Shown here one piece after another: positions 15,526-16,032 of a stretch of 16,032 nucleotides of DNA. Source of the stretch: an uncultured Candidatus Saccharibacteria bacterium. GTDB lineage: Bacteria; Patescibacteriota; Minisyncoccia; Spechtbacterales; HO2-43-30. Under the pieces are notes generated by a model. It was given only the letters and a program-made list of their open reading frames with translations, had not been told where the DNA came from and made no database searches. The stretch spans positions 1-16,032 of the forward strand of contig CAZDDE010000018.1 of the NCBI GenBank assembly GCA_964504205.1, written 5' to 3'. The position numbers were made by a program, and so were the translations under genes. Each line of letters begins with the position of its first letter. Position 1 is the stretch's first letter.

Positions 15526-15607
15526 AACAATGAGGCCCGCGCGGTTAACGCGGGTTTCTCCATATCCACAACACTTCATTGTTACATAAACCCGCGATCG
15601 CGGGTTT
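15526..15607. repeat. Paired GC-rich hairpins in intergenic region
   Basis: cccgcg-cggttaa-cgcggg (15536-15554) enclosed by aacaatga/tcattgtt, then perfect 20-nt palindrome aaacccgcgatcgcgggttt (15588-15607). Confidence 0.7.
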
Positions 15608-15627
15608 AGTGAGAATACGATCAGAAA

Positions 15628-15657
15628 TAAAAACCCCCGCACTTGAATAGTGCGGGG
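15628..15657 (-). terminator. Rho-independent terminator of the 15667-16008 gene
   Basis: Minus strand CCCCGCACT attca AGTGCGGGG GTTTTTATTT. Confidence 0.85.
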
Positions 15658-15666
15658 CACTGGCCG

Positions 15667-16008
15667 TCAATCACGTTGACCAATCAAGCCTGGACAACCG
15701 CAGACACTCCCTTTCTTGGTGGAAGCGCCGCACGATGTCCGCTTGTGGTCTTTGGCGGGGTGCTTGCAACGTCTACACTTTACCTCTGCCGCTCTTTGCG
15801 CGGACGTAGCGGCTGCGCGTGAACGCTGCTCTCGCTCCAGATGCAGCGCATGCTCGTAGTCCACCCAGCCACGTTGCATATCCTGGTTAAATTCCGGATC
15901 CCCGAAAACATCGTAGTCTATATTTTCCTCTTCCTGTTCAACTCTAGGCATGCCGCGCAGCATGCCGCTGTATTCTGATTCCGCTAATGTACGTTTGAAG
16001 TGCACCAC
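15667..16008 (-). CDS. Hypothetical small protein with C-terminal Cys/His zinc-finger-like segment
   Basis: CRRCKHPAKDHKRTSCGASTKKGSVCGC; GTG start inside the right copy of the terminal inverted repeat; terminator downstream. Confidence 0.6.
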   Translation of the reverse strand: MVHFKRTLAESEYSGMLRGMPRVEQEEENIDYDVFGDPEFNQDMQRGWVDYEHALHLEREQRSRAAATSAQRAAEVKCRRCKHPAKDHKRTSCGASTKKGSVCGCPGLIGQRD

Positions 16009-16032
16009 CTCATAGTAAAATAGATTTATGAG
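15983..16032 (-). repeat. Right copy of the 50-bp perfect inverted repeat
   Basis: Exact reverse complement of bases 4-53. Confidence 0.95.

Noticed and set aside
4-16032. Whole window as a transposon bounded by terminal inverted repeats
   Set aside because: No transposase, integrase or other mobility gene; the repeat contains gene-start sequence and sits at window ends, so an assembly or dispersed-repeat explanation is at least as likely.

Overview
16,032-nt window from an unidentified bacterium. The gene content is reminiscent of a Patescibacteria/CPR (Parcubacteria-like) genome, but this is inference. A compact minus-strand gene array (6593 to 655) encodes an MBL/beta-CASP-type hydrolase, a LOG-family protein, an aromatic amino acid permease-like protein, a two-CxxC zinc protein, a VanY-like D,D-carboxypeptidase and an O-antigen-ligase-like membrane protein. 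It is followed by a DSP-like phosphatase, a Fic protein, a large structured non-coding interval (8215-8820), an XRE-type regulator, PlsY next to a DAK2-DegV (FakA-FakB-like) fusion, a lysyl-oxidase-like protein coupled to a PQQ-type sugar dehydrogenase, and small hypothetical genes. Main observations: (1) two unrelated palindromic elements sit inside the O-antigen-ligase-like ORF without breaking the frame, and a heptad-type short repeat sits in frame inside the MBL gene; (2) a ~180-nt candidate structured RNA lies between a ~67-nt palindrome and an AT-rich stretch with two perfect DnaA boxes; (3) a putative two-gene fatty-acid scavenging module; (4) a lysyl oxidase that appears to keep its cofactor-forming residues, coupled to a quinoprotein dehydrogenase; (5) a perfect 50-bp inverted repeat near the two ends of the window. 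No CRISPR array, tRNA, rRNA or transposase was seen. All family calls come from reading motifs; no database search was run.
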